A DNA stretch of 63,617 bases, counting the filler, from Kipferlia bialata (lineage: Eukaryota): the NCBI GenBank assembly GCA_003568945.1. It is 4 parts of 4 records of this genome, joined end to end, with 100 filler letters (N's around TTAATTAATTAA, not from the genome) between each part and the next. Parts side by side here need not be neighbours in the genome. Positions count along the whole stretch, not along the records: positions 1 to 22,443 come from BDIP01000293.1; positions 22,544 to 44,971 come from BDIP01000294.1; 2 more parts are not named here. The stretch is one strand, 5' to 3'. A model generated the notes under the pieces. It saw nothing but the letters and a program-made list of their open reading frames with translations. It had not been told where the DNA came from and searched no databases. Of the stretch, positions 13,601-26,735 are shown one piece after another; the stretch's first letter is position 1, and every line of letters starts with the position of its first letter. Both the position numbers and the translations under genes were made by a program.

Positions 13601-16600
13601 CCGGGGACTACAGCGGGGTGGTGATCCTGGACCGGGTGGCGTCTGTACTGTACGCTGTGTTCTGCACCGTCCCCAACATGCTCAGTGTGCTGCTTCCAGC
13701 CGAGGCCTCAGACGCAGAGGCAGGCCTGCTGGACCTGTTGCTCAGGGCGTGTGTGCAGGCAGTGTCACATCTGGATATGGCAGATGTCGTGTCGGTCGGG
13801 GCCGCCGAGGTGGACTTATCCCGCGAGCCAGACAACCCCTCTCCCTCTCCCCCGGTTGTTCCGACAGAGTCACACCCAGACGCATCTGTCCCCTCTCACC
13901 GGACTGTGGGGGATGGGGCTGGGTCCTCGAGTCCCGTGATCGACATACTGCCGCGCTGCATCCACCGCATCATGGCCATATGTGCACTGTCTGGCAGGTA
14001 GAGCGCCCTGTTGCTATAGCATTTTCTCAATATTCGATTTTTACAGTTGCATGTACTCTCTTTTCGTCTTGTGGTTCCCTGAAGTATTTCTATAACAAGG
14101 ATATGTTCTTTGTGAGTCCAGTGTGTATATGTGACTTCCCACATGTTGCCCAGCGTCCGAGACTCCGTATTCGTATATCTTCAGGTTTTCCTGCCACTTT
14201 TCATCGTTGACACTGTTTTGTACTGACTGCCAAGGTATAAGAACACTTGGGTTCTAGAGCGTCATGTGGCTGTCATCCGGGGGGGTAGTGCTGACCGACC
14301 CGAGGTGGCCCTGTGTCTGCTGGGTGTGCTGTGCTCCCACATCCTCAGCAAGGTGGGTGGGTGTGGGATGTATGAAGCATTGGATGGGTAGCTCTCAGTT
14401 TCAGAAGGATTACTATGCAGTGTGTCAAATCTCTTCTGTTTTGACTTTCATTGGGATTTTTTCTTAGGCTTCTTTGGCTCAAACTGCAAGTCCAAGGGAC
14501 ATCTTTCTGTAGTCTCTCGCTTCTCTCTCACCTGTCCACTACAATAGCCATCAACTCCAGGTGCAGAGCACCGTCGAGGTCTACACCCAGTGGGTGAGAT
14601 TGGTTAAGAACACTGCGTACAGACCCGACCCCGAGCAGATCAGGCTGCTCCGGTACCACGTGGAGTCTGAGTACACCATGCTGGACTGCCTAGAGGCCTG
14701 TGGCCTGGTGTGTGTCACATCCCACATTCTGAGGTGTCACTCTCAGCTGGAGTCTGCGGTGAGGCAGGCCGAGGGCACCCAGGGCCTGTCGCTGCTCTGG
14801 GCCGGGGTGGACAACCGGCTGCTGCAGCTGTCTGCGTGTCTGACTGTGCTAGATGACATGCCCACCTCCTCCAACAGCGTGTCCGGGTCTACGTCGGCCA
14901 AGCTGCCTGCGCTGGTACAGGATGTCCATGCCCAGTTTGTGTACTGTGAGGGCAACGACTCAGAGAGGCTTGGGGAGTCGGCCGGGCTCGGAGAGAAGGA
15001 ACGGGAGCGGGAGATGCCTCTGTTGCGTAGAATGGGGGCGGTGCCTGCTGTCGACCGGAGGGATGTCCCCTTCACCCACGTGTACATGCACCACGCCCTG
15101 GCCATCCTAGGCCGGGTGCTGCAGAGCGGCGTCAGGGAGGGAGACGTGGCCAACCTCTCGTTGCTGCTGCGGGTTCTGATTGCCTTCCCCCTCAGCCGGT
15201 GCCTGGCCTGCCTCAAGAAGAGTGATGCCGACGTGGTGGGCACTCTCTTCATGGACCTCTACCTCGCCACCCGATCCACATCCGATGGCGTCGATACTCT
15301 CTCCCACGTGCCAGTCCTGGCACTTCCCCCTGAGATCGTGGCGGAGGGGGTGACCGCCGCTGCATCTCTCCTGTCGTGCCCGATCTCCAGCCCCCTCGCC
15401 CTCTCGGACTCCCGTCCCTTCCTGCTAAGGGTGAGGCACAGTGCCGTCCATGCCAAGCGCCGCACTTCCTTCCGCATGTTGGGGTCGGGTAGCCTTGTCA
15501 GCAACCGCGTGAACACTGAGGCCGTCCTCCATGCACTGCGCAAGGCCTGTGCCTTCTGTGTCGAGTGCGGGGCTGCTGTACCCCCCTTGCTGCCTGTCAA
15601 TGCTGCCCAGGGTGACATCAGAGCAGGTCTCAACGCAGATACTTACGATGGCGCTGCACCCTTTATCAGCACAGCCAAGAGGCTCGATCTGCCCCACAGG
15701 TACAAGAAGCGGTGTATCCGGCGTCTGAAGTACCTGGACAGTGTCTCAGGGGCCCTGGGGTCTCTGATACCCGAGGAGGTGGTCCCCTGGGTACTAGCCC
15801 AGCACGATGGCCTAGCAGAGCACCGGCTGCACAGACTGCTGGACCGGGAGCTGGGGCACAGCAAGAAGGTGCTGAGACACCGCCGGGTGCGGACCGTCAA
15901 GGGCATCCAGAGCCGAAGGGGCTATGTGGACAGATTGGCTACGGGACTGGGACCCTTCGCCGCTGAGAGAGACACGGTGCTGAGGATGCAGCAGCGGGCC
16001 TCGCTTCTACTGGGTGGAAAGGCATACCTACCCTCCCCCGATGTCAGTGCGGGTGAGTCCACGCTGCCCGGCTCCTCTGTCCTGACTAGTACTTGTGCCG
16101 ACTATCACTCACAGGGAGTGCCCACCTGTGGCCAGGGCGACCGGATCGACATAGGTACTGTCCAGGAGCGTGGGTGTGTCTTCGAGTTGCAAGACTTCAT
16201 CGGGCCCGACCATCTGCCCCAGAGAGTGAGGGTCCGGCGCCTGGCCGCCCGACAAGAGCCTGCCTTCTATCGGATGCAGTCGCTCCCCACCCTCCTCGTC
16301 GGCAAGACCTCTGACCCTCTCTTCGACCACTCCCTCCTGCACTCCTCTGGGGAGCTGCGCTTCCGGTCTCTGTGTGCGTGTGTGACCGTGCGAGGCGTCA
16401 GCGTGGGAGAGGTGCTGGTCAAGGCCCAGCGAGGAGAGGGGTTCCTGCACTATGTGTCAGAACCCTCCACAGGTGGTCCGGGAGAGGTTGAGAGGCGCAC
16501 AAAGGGAGATAAGTTCAGCCTACTGGCATGTATTCTGCGTGCCTGCCAACACTCTCCCCCACCCCCCTCTGATGATGCTCCTGTGTCTGAGTACGAGGCC

Positions 16601-19162
16601 GGCCTGCTCTCTGACCAGACCGGCTCGGTGGTATCCGTGGCCCTAGCCGGTATCACGCACCTGTTTGCTGTTCCCTTCCTGGGGTGGGACTGTGCGTGTG
16701 TTCTCTACACGGTGGCAGGCAGGCAGCTCTTCTTGGTGTTTCAGACGTCCCAGTACCGCGACACCTTCCTCAAGCTGCTGCAGACAAGGCTTGCCAGAGA
16801 GTATCTCCCCATGCTGTCCTTTGCCCCCAGGGACACCGACACGTTCCTGGCCGACACCACCCAGGCCTGGCGCGAGGGGAAGGTCAGCACGCTCTCCTAC
16901 ACAATGTGCCTCAACGTGCTGTCCGGTAGGAGCTATGCCTTCCGCTCCCAGTACCCTGTCGTGCCCCAGGTCTTGGCCGACTACACCTCTGCCGAGCTGG
17001 ACCTCACGAACCCGGCCTCCTTCCGAGACCTCGAGAGACCCATCCACTGCAGGGCATACAACGAGGGCCAGCGCCGGATGCAGTACCAGGAGTCGCTAGA
17101 TAACCTCGACCGCATCGTGTCCGGCACAGGCTGGCACTGTGGCACCTTCTACTCCAACGTCCACACCACCACCCACTCCCTGGTAAGGCTGGAGCCCTTT
17201 GCCGCCCTACAACGCCAGTTGCAGTCCGGGGCCTGGGACGCATACCCGCGCATGTTCCACTCGGTGGCAGACTACTACGAGAACAACCACGCCGGTAGGG
17301 TGGGCAGGCGGGAGCCTGGGAAGAGCGAGATGGTGCCCCAGTTCTATTGCCTCCCTGAGTTCCTAGTCAACTGCAACGGATATTCCTTTGTGGACGAGAG
17401 TCACCCCGATATGTATTCGGGCCAGGCCCAGATGCTGGGGAGGGGGGGGCTCCCAGAGGAGTCGACGGGTTCGGAGCAGGAGGCCGGGTTCGATGTGTCT
17501 CTCCCGCCCTGGGGCCCCACTGCACTGTCGTTTGTGTCACAGCACCGTGCCGCCCTGGAGTGTGACCGGGTCGGGTCGGCCATCTCGTCCTGGTTCGACC
17601 TCACCTTTGGGCCTGCCCAGCCGCGGGACAGTGCCAGGGCACTTAATGCATGCAATTCCTTCCAGCGAGCCGCCTATCCGTTCACCACGGACTTCAGCGC
17701 CTATGTGACCCAGCTGCAGACAGCGTTGGGGGATGCAAACGAGGAGTATCTCAAGATGACTCTATACGCTTCCTTCGATGCAAAGCTGAACTTCGGAACA
17801 GTGCCCAAGCAGCTCTTCTCCAAGCCCCACCCCACCCGCCTCAGCCACCCCGTGCCATCTCCCATCGGCGGTGCCCTCAGGGTGGGGGCAGCTGCATACG
17901 TGTCTGCCTATCCGGTGGCCGGGTTTGCAAGGTCGGTGGAGGCCCGTTCGACCCTAACCGATGCAGGACACTGGCCCGGCAAGGGAGGTCGGTTTGTGCC
18001 GTCCGATGTCCAGCTAGGCGCCGGCTGGAGCGGAATTCTGGGGTCCCCAAGACGGTTGCGTAGTCAGGTATCTCGTGACACTGGTGAGACCGGGGCCCTT
18101 GGGGAGCTAACGGCCGGGAGGGACGGGATGGGATGTTGGCACCTTCCTCCAAGGAGTGTGGTCATCCCCCCTTTCACCAAGTACGTACTCCAATACGACC
18201 AGGCTGGGACCGGGAGAATTAGGGCCTATGACGTCAACAGAGACTGGCCCGACAGACCCACCTTGCGTGGAGAGCTGGACCCCCAACTGAACGGGGCCCC
18301 TGTGACGTGCATGGGCATAGGCATGGGGGCAGACGACATCACGGTGGGCGGGTGCGGATATCAGGTGTATGTCGGCACAGCCTGGGGCAGTGTGCTGGCG
18401 TACGACCTGTCCACCGCCACCATGCGTCTTGCCTTCAGACAGCAGGTCACGTCCCACCGGGGCAGGGTGACGGCCCTCGAGGTGTCCCAGGCCTACAGGG
18501 CCGTGGTCTCGGGGGATGACCTGGGGACGGTGCAGGTCGTGATGTTCTCGGGCAACATAGCCTTCGAGGCTAGTGCTTGTCTGGAGGGCTCAGGGGCCGT
18601 GTCAGCCCTGGCCGTGTGCCCCCAGTCGGGTTGCTTCGCAGCTGCCATTGAGCAGACCCAGGGGACTACCCGCAGCCACATATATGTGTGGACTCTGAAC
18701 GGGGTGTGTCTTGGGATGTTAGATGTGACGGACGACGTCACGTGCCTCGCCTTCGCCCCAGGGCCTGTCGCCGGGAGGCAGCCTCTTATGCTTCTGGTAG
18801 GCACTGCCTGTGGCGACGTTTCCGTCGTATCCTTTGTGCCCGGTGTGTCGGACCCAACTGTCACGCGGACTGTGTCTAGAGCCTCAGCGCTGGCACTGGT
18901 CAAGAATACTAATACTAGTACTACCTCGGGGCAGCGCAGAGGTGGCGGGCGTGTGACGGCGCTTCTGGGTGCCCCTGATGGGACGTGTGTCCTAGTGGGG
19001 TATTCGGATGGTCTCGCAGCCCGGCTTGACCCCTGTGGCGAGGAGACTCAGGACTCAACGGGTGTGAGTGGGGAGGTTGACCATCTCGGGCCCGCAGAGC
19101 GACTGGTTGGCAGAAACCCCCAGCTCGACGATGAGGCCACCTCTCTCAGAAGCAGTATTTGA
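7672..19162 (+). CDS. BEACH-domain protein (helical N-terminus, probable ConA-like region, PH-BEACH-WD40), ~3600 aa
   Basis: Exons 7672-12023, 12117-12217, 12304-12425, 12490-13997, 14235-14352, 14561-19162 join in frame (10803 nt). BEACH motifs: LNVLSGRSY..QYPVVP.VLADYTSAELDLTNPASFRDLERPI, LPEFLVN, VSLPPW, HRAALEC..V..WFDLTFG, NFGTVPKQLFSKPHP. WD40 repeats follow. Confidence 0.95.
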
Positions 19163-19927
19163 AGCAGTATTTGAATAGTTATTGGTATGTTTTCCCTTAT
19201 CGTCTATGTTTGTAGTTTTTTTGTATTTGTAGGTCTGTTTCCACCTGGCTGTGTATCCTGTTGAGTACGCTGTGTAACAGTTGTCAGGACTGTGAGAATG
19301 GCTTTTCATGTCCATTGTTGAGTAATTATTCAGTAAATTGGAGCGTTTAAGTACTGGGTGATATGAGTATGCAGAACGAAGTCTCAAGATGCTGTGTTGT
19401 ATGTAACTGGCAATGCTCTCTACTGGATCCATAGCCGTATGGAAACTGATGAATATGTTACTGGAGGTGCTATTGCTGGAAGTGTAATGATATATAATGA
19501 ACGCTACCTGGTACATCTCACACTAGTATACTCTCTAGCACAAACTCTACGCTGTATAGAGTCATAGACTCTATGACATAGAGTACTGATTCAGTTATTG
19601 AAGAGGGGAAACCGTAATTATCGTAGCATGGATTGAGTAATTTAAGGAGTTGCCACCGTGTTACGATGGCAATTAGCAAGAAACTATCTAGGGTGCCTTC
19701 CAATGTATGATTCACTATGAATCTCGACTGGATTCTTGAGTGGACATTACAAAACCATATTATAGTAGTGCACGTGGATCATATGGTTGTTCAACAGTGA
19801 TGACGTTTGCCTATCACTATGAGGGTGAATAGACTCATATCCTGATACGTTATATGACAAATCATGTAATTAGTCAAAACTTCTGACAAAGCAGACACGT
19901 ATTGTTGACCTTCCTTATCATACGCAG

Positions 19928-20500
19928 TTGAACCTATCTTCCATCGCCCTTACTTGCTATGAGCTGAGGCCGTCCATGATGGACTCCATCCCGACCGCGC
20001 GATTCAACAACGTAAAGGACATGCAAGGTCAATGACGATGATGAGTCATCATTGATGACTCAATCGAGTAGGATCGTATGGTTTATAGATATATGTCACA
20101 TAGATCATCAGTGTGAGTCCATGATACTGGTTGTATTTCAACTTGATCTCACCCACGCCGAACTATCATCGCTTCGCGATCTGACTGCTATCATAAGGAT
20201 CATTTGTAAGTGTGAACAGCAGGCATTGAACGCGGTCAAATCGCCGGCGTAATCTTGGGAAATCCACAGTGGAATCATCTACGAGACTATTCAGCTCGGC
20301 GTAATCGCTTCGAGTATGTGTGACAAGGCCAGTGACAATGTCAAGCGTGCTGGACGGGAATATTCTTTTCAATGTGGGTTTAGGTCGCCGCAGTGCTGTA
20401 ACCAGTACCCTAAGGAGCATTATCGGGCATTCACACAGTATTACTGACCATTCTAAGACCTAGACTCTATACTGGTTCTAAATTCATCACATTTATGACT
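19928..20500 (+). pseudogene. Possible degenerate LRR gene fragments
   Basis: Putative exons 19928-20027 (LNLSSIALTCYELRP..FNNVKDMQ) and 20104-20205 (..LDLTHAELSSLRDLTAIIRII) join in phase. Downstream pieces (VLDGNIL, LDSILVL) hit stops and I could not build a complete model. Confidence 0.3.
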
Positions 20501-20878
20501 CTTCTGTCACAAGATAGCGTCGACAGGTGTAGATCTAAAAGGCGGATGAACCAACCCCTCAATAATATTGTAATACTAGTGTGAATATTCAACAGAAACT
20601 CCTTATGCTTGACTTCAGTCTCGATCAGGTTTATCAACTCACCCAGGCTTGGGTCCCAAGGTATTGTAGAGACCACACTAGAGTTTAGACACACAAAGCG
20701 CCATACATCCTGTCTAACTAGTGACAGGAAAACAATTACACATCAAAATGCACCGTGACAGAAAACCCAACAGTGGCACTATTCTGATATCACAGAAGAA
20801 AATCTGCTGTGATACACTGAAACAAAGCCAATGAAATCCTATTTCTATACTCACTCACAACCACATGTGGGGCAGAGG

Positions 20879-21781
20879 CTAGTCCCTTGCCGGGCGCCTA
20901 GCCCTAGGCTGAGCCGGGGCCTGAGCCGGGTCGAGGTCCTCCAAGTCCACCAGACCCACTACTCCAGAGAGAGACTGGGTATGGGACCGGGCATCAGTCA
21001 CGAACTTTCCTGACCGCACCATTCTCTTGATGCGGTCCTTGAACTCAGAGGCCGGATTGGCATCCACCACCGCCTTGATACGACGCACATACTCTGTCCT
21101 GTTACGGATGTAGATCTGGTAGGCCTCGGTTTGGGCTGGGCTCTTCTCATTTGGCTCGTTCAGCAGCATCTGGAGACCCTTGAGGATCTCGGGGACGGTG
21201 ACCGACGGCTTCCAGTCTGCCTCCTTGTTCAGAAGGGAGAGACAGACGGACCCAGAGGGGTACACATTGGGGTGGAAGAGAGGTGGGTCAAACTGCACCT
21301 GTACGGTCAGGAAGATGCATCAAGACTGACAGAAATGGCTGCACAGATACACTCTAAGACTGGGATACAGATGGTAGCTTCTCATGCCTTTGGGGGGTAT
21401 TCCGGATAGGAGGGCACGAAGAAGAGGTTGACTTTCAGCATGCACCCCTCCCAGTGGGTTCCCTTCACACCTGGAACCCCACAAATCCAGTGGGTGATGA
21501 CCTTCTTCTTCTTGTCCTGGTTATCAGCACTTACAGGGGAAGTACCCAATAACAACCTGGGATAGAGCCGTTATTAGAAAAAATAGAAAAAATATGCCCT
21601 TCCTCACAGTGGACTGGTGTCATTGGGTGGGGTGACAGACCCATTTTCAAATCAGACTCACCTTTGGATCTGGGGCAGGACGTGCGAAGAAGTGGGGCAG
21701 CGGCGTCTTCTTCCATGACCGCCACTCTTGCTCGAGGCGCTGCATGCAAAGCGGGTTAGATCTCTTCTTGGCCATGGACAT
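20879..21781 (-). CDS. UBC9: SUMO-conjugating enzyme E2 (Ubc9) with C-terminal extension; exons 21662-21781, 21388-21516, 20879-21298
   Basis: LCMQRLEQEWRSWKK..HFFARP, WICGVPGVKGTHWEG, YPEYPPK|VQFDPPLFHPNVYPSGSVCLSLL (catalytic Cys), WKPSVTV..IL.GLQ.LLNEPN..SPAQ.EAY are all Ubc9-type motifs. Confidence 0.93.
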
Positions 21782-22443
21782 CTTGGTACCCCAACTGAAG
21801 AGCAGATAGCAGCTGTCAGGCAGTCATTGAGAAACACTACAATGAAAGAGTAAACCCTTTCTTTGGTTGATAGATTTCTTTCTTTGATTCATACTTGCTG
21901 AATCTGGTGTTTACCAGGCATTATTATCACCAGTTCCTTATCAAAGCCTGACCCAGACGATGTCCCTGGAGAACAATTCATCTGGTCTAGTTTGTGTTTC
22001 TTAAGTATTCTATTCTTTCCAGATGAGAGACGAAGTACAGTAATCCTAATAGGCTATTATTAGTAACCAAAGTATAAGCTCGAAGTCATACTTCATAAAT
22101 AGAACGCAGGCTGTATTGATAGCTTTATAAGATATTTGCGAAGTTCCAGTTTCACGATGAAATAGCATGACTGAAGAGTGGAGAGGTGAAGGTTTCTATC
22201 ATATGCTCAGTATCTTCACGCGTTGCCCTAGCTGTGCGTATAGATCTATTTGTGTCCTCCACAATGCTACCCTCACAAACGGATTCTCAATGGCCTCACG
22301 CATACAGACGACTTACAAGGTGGCTCATGACACAGTGCTGTTGTAGAGTAGACTGCGTAGGCAAAGGAGTCCCCGAATCTCCGATCGTCGAATTGTCCTT
22401 ATGACCCAAATACCAGAAATCGCGAGTCGCTCGAGCATAGAAG

Positions 22444-22543
22444 NNNNNNNNNNNNNNNNNNNNNNNNNNNNNNNNNNNNNNNNNNNNTTAATTAATTAAN
22501 NNNNNNNNNNNNNNNNNNNNNNNNNNNNNNNNNNNNNNNNNNN
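22444..22543. other. Artificial contig linker N44-TTAATTAATTAA-N44
   Basis: Six-frame-stop spacer, identical at three places in the window. Confidence 0.98.
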
Positions 22544-22660
22544 TTTTTTTTTTTTTTTTTCAATTCCCCCCCCCCCCCCCCCCCCCCTCATCTTCCCCTC
22601 CACCAAGGCCTCTCCGCACTTATGAAACTCTCTCTCTCTCTCCCTCTCTCACCCCTAGCC

Positions 22661-23557
22661 ATGTTTGGATTCGGGCGCCAACAGCCACCCCAGACTCCGG
22701 CACTATCTCTCCATGAGTGCAAGGTGTATATATGTAAATGTACTTATATATGCATACATTTGTACCTATACTCTACATACAACTACATACACACTATATA
22801 CTTACCACTCTCTGGATGAGTGCAAGATGTACTGACCCTCAGTCCATCCTGTCTGGTACGACTGCCTCTGACACAGTGTGAGCTGTACTCTCTCTCTCTC
22901 TATCTCTATCTACATATATACTCTAACTCACTGTCTCTCACTATATATATACTCACTCGAAGGCCATCCTGTCTGGTACGACTGCCTCTGACACAGTGTA
23001 TGCTGTACTCTCTCTCTCTATATATATATACTTACATTTGCATTCTCAGTGTCTCTCACTATATGTATACTCACTCTAAGGCCATCCTGTCTGGCACCGC
23101 TGCCTCTGACACAGTGTATACCATACTATACTGTACTACACTACATAAATGTACATACATTGACCCTCAGTCCATCCTGTCTGGCACCGCTGCCTCTGCC
23201 TCTGCCTCTGCCTCTGCGTCTGCCCCTGGCACCGTTGACGAGGCCCTGGATGCACTGACAAAGGGAATCTACTCACCCATGGTAAGTACACTTCATACTA
23301 CACATATTCCAATATACTCCATATAGGCACTGCGAAAAAGGTGCCACTATGTAATATACTCAGGTGTATACCACTGGTATATATATATATATATATATAT
23401 ACTTGTACTGACAAAGGGAATCTACTCACCCATGGTACACTGCATAGAAAACATAATCCATCATACACTCCATATAGGCACTGGGAAAGGGATGCTACTC
23501 ACCAATAGTGAGCCCACTACATACTACACTATAGGCAATACTCAGAGGTATACTGGG

Positions 23558-23590
<33 letters not shown>

Positions 23591-26500
23591 CTGCTACTGA
23601 CTAGTGGGTGCTACTCACCTGTAGTATGTGGATAATTCCATATGTACTAATTGCTGCACTATGAATCCTACATGTGGGTATATATACTGGAACTGACGCA
23701 GGGGATGCTTCCCACCACCAACGGTGACTGGTATTGTAATAATGTATACACTATATATACACTGTATGAATACTTGCCGGTCTCTTCTTTCCTTGTCGAT
23801 GTCTCTCTCCCTTTCAACCCCAACTCACACAAGGGCTTCCAGAACAATGTCCCAAGTCCAGACGACTACACCGTGCAGTTATGCAGGTATACACAGGCAT
23901 ATCAGATGCTAACTGTATTGTTAATTCAATAAATAGTGTATTATTATACTTACATATATATATAGCGTGCAGATATGCAGGTATATCAACAACTAATAAT
24001 TGTGTTGCTACATACATTCTCGGTATATACATGTATGAGGATATATATACATATACATATATATATATATATTAAAATACACAAACATTCACTTCCCAGA
24101 GATCCATGCCCTATACTGCTGCACATGAAAATATATATATATATCCCATTCACTAATACACAGAGACCCTGTCCTCCTGGGTCATGTCATGGCCCTCCTG
24201 GACCCTTCGACACATACCCCACAGACAGTCGAGTGAGTGTGTATATACTACACATGAGCTTACCTATACATTGAGTAGGGTAACCTGTGGTGCTAGTTCC
24301 ATTGTGTTCATTTATACCTGCACACCTATTGTACATACATATACTATGTATACTATATGTCCCGTCTATCCTGATCCCTAGAGCCACTCTTACCCTGCTC
24401 TATACGATTGCGGCCAGAAACCCTGATGCAGGGCAGTATCTTGTGCAGGTAGTACATATACATGTGATCTAGCCTCACTTTTGTATTTTTGTATTGATGA
24501 AGAATATTGTGTATGCTCTTAGAACTTTTGTGGTATGTGCGTGAGGGGTGTATTGGTTTCGTGTATTGCTATGTTCTGTACCCTTTGGTGTTCCGGGATC
24601 CCTCTTCAAGTGGTTGTGTATGCAGCCTACACCCCTTCTGTTGTCCAGCAGTGTGGGTATATACATATATATATACATACCCAATATCGACATGTACACG
24701 ATGAGCGTAACAACGATTGGTCGATGTGCTTCTACCTCGTGTTACAGTCAATCTATTGTTATCAGGGATGACTAGCCCAAATATCGAGATATATATCTAC
24801 TATCTATATATTTATATACTATCTAGATGTATATTCTTATGCCAGGCAGGACTGTTCCCACGTCTGACTGGGCTGGTGTCTGGGGCGGACGCACATGGTA
24901 TGTATGGTATATATATTTGTGAATATGAATGACAGACGTTGCCCTTGCTGTCCTTTAGTATGCTCTCTTTTCTCACTGCCAGTGAGCACTGCTCTCCGCA
25001 TAATAGTGACAGTGCTAGGCCAGCACCTATCCCTGGCCCTACCCGTCCTGCACACGCCTCTGTTCAAGGCCGTATTGGCCGCTAACCCAACCCACCACAG
25101 ATTGTACGTCAGTTTCTAACTCTTTCTGTCTCTCTGTATAATTCTCCTTCTCTCCTCATTCCAGTTCTATCTGCAGGGTAGTGAAAATCGTAGTCTACGG
25201 CCTCCTCTCCAAGGGAGAGAGAGACACACAGGGTGAGGTGTCTGAGGCGGACTACCATGCCATTAAGACAGTGCTGCCCACCCTAGGGGTCATATCCCAC
25301 TTGGGACACGGGGGATTCGACGCCATTGCAACCCTCCTGTCCTACAGTGAGATCAGGTACCCATAGTCTCTAACTCTATATACATAGTATCTAGTCTATA
25401 TAGTATCTAGTCCATAAAGTATCTATATAGTTAATTAATTTGTGTGTCCTACAGTGAGGAACCCCATATACTCTAGCCTATACAACTATGCCTAGTAGTT
25501 GTGCAATGCCTGCGTATACCCTTAGTCGTCTGTAATTATATTTGTGTGTCCTACAGTGAGATCAGGCAACCTTAGCCTCTAACTCTATGCCACTTGTCCT
25601 TGTGCAATTCGTGTGTACCTTTAGTAGTTTGTGTGTGTCTATATGAATCTCTAACCCTCAGCTGTGGTGAGCACTCTGCCTATATCATACTGTTATATAT
25701 ATTCTATTATATAGTATATATAATAGTGTTATAGTACTTGTATATTGTAATATCAGCTGCGGTGAGCACTCTGGTCTTCAGGACATCGCCGACGCTGGCC
25801 TGATACCCACACTCCTGAGGGCAAGGGAGAGACACCCTGGTCTCATGGACACAGAAACAGCCGGTATTTTTATGTATGGACTATATACTACGGATCGTGA
25901 TTGTATTTCACCGCAAGCGCCCTCATATACATGGATACCCTAGGTATACTGAGTGAGTATGAAGGGTACACATCAATACATTGATAGGTATCTATTGTCT
26001 GTTGTGTATACAATACACCGATAGTGGTCTATAGGACATGGAGACAGCAGGTGTATACGCATGTTTATTGACGATATGGTTCAAGTGGTTGTATGTGTGT
26101 ATATCATAGTGACATAAACTATAGTGACAGTAGCAACCCAGGTATATGAGGTTTCTTCCAGTTTATTGACGTATATGTACACATGTGTTGAGAGTCAGGG
26201 ATTTAGCGGTAACATGCGTCTCTCTCTTGTCTCTCTCTCTCCCTTCCCATTATAAATCCAATTGCATTGTATTGTCCCCCCCCCCCCCCTCTGTGTAACC
26301 TCAGCCTCTCTCGACCGTCTCAAGACACGGCTCAAGGCCAACCCCGATCTCCACCAGTACCTGCCCAAGGGGGGCATGGTGATTGAGGTATATGTACAGA
26401 TATGAAGAGAGAAATGCATGTGTTTACGGAGAGATAGAAGGTCATTCTTATTGGGATCTGTGTATGTAAAAGAGAAAGTGTCAGGGCCTCTCTCTGGTTG

Positions 26501-26692
26501 TATGTGTCCTTGATGTATGAGGCTGTCTATTCTCTCTCTACCCACACTGACTCATCTAACCCCCAGCGTACCCAGGTTCCAGTTGCCCGCCCATTCCATA
26601 CTTACGAGTACGGTACTCTCTTTCTCCCTTTCTCTCTCTCTCTTTTGCTCTCTCTCTTTATCTTTCTGTCTCTCTCTTTCTACCTTTCTCTC

Positions 26693-26735
<43 letters not shown>

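Noticed and set aside
1796..19000. Numerous overlapping and antisense ORFs within the LRR and BEACH exons
   Set aside because: Expected shadows of GC-rich coding sequence; no motifs or independent splice structure.
22444..22543. TTAATTAATTAA palindrome as a biological site, and synteny across it
   Set aside because: Identical N-padded six-frame-stop linker occurs three times, so neighbours across linkers are not biologically adjacent.
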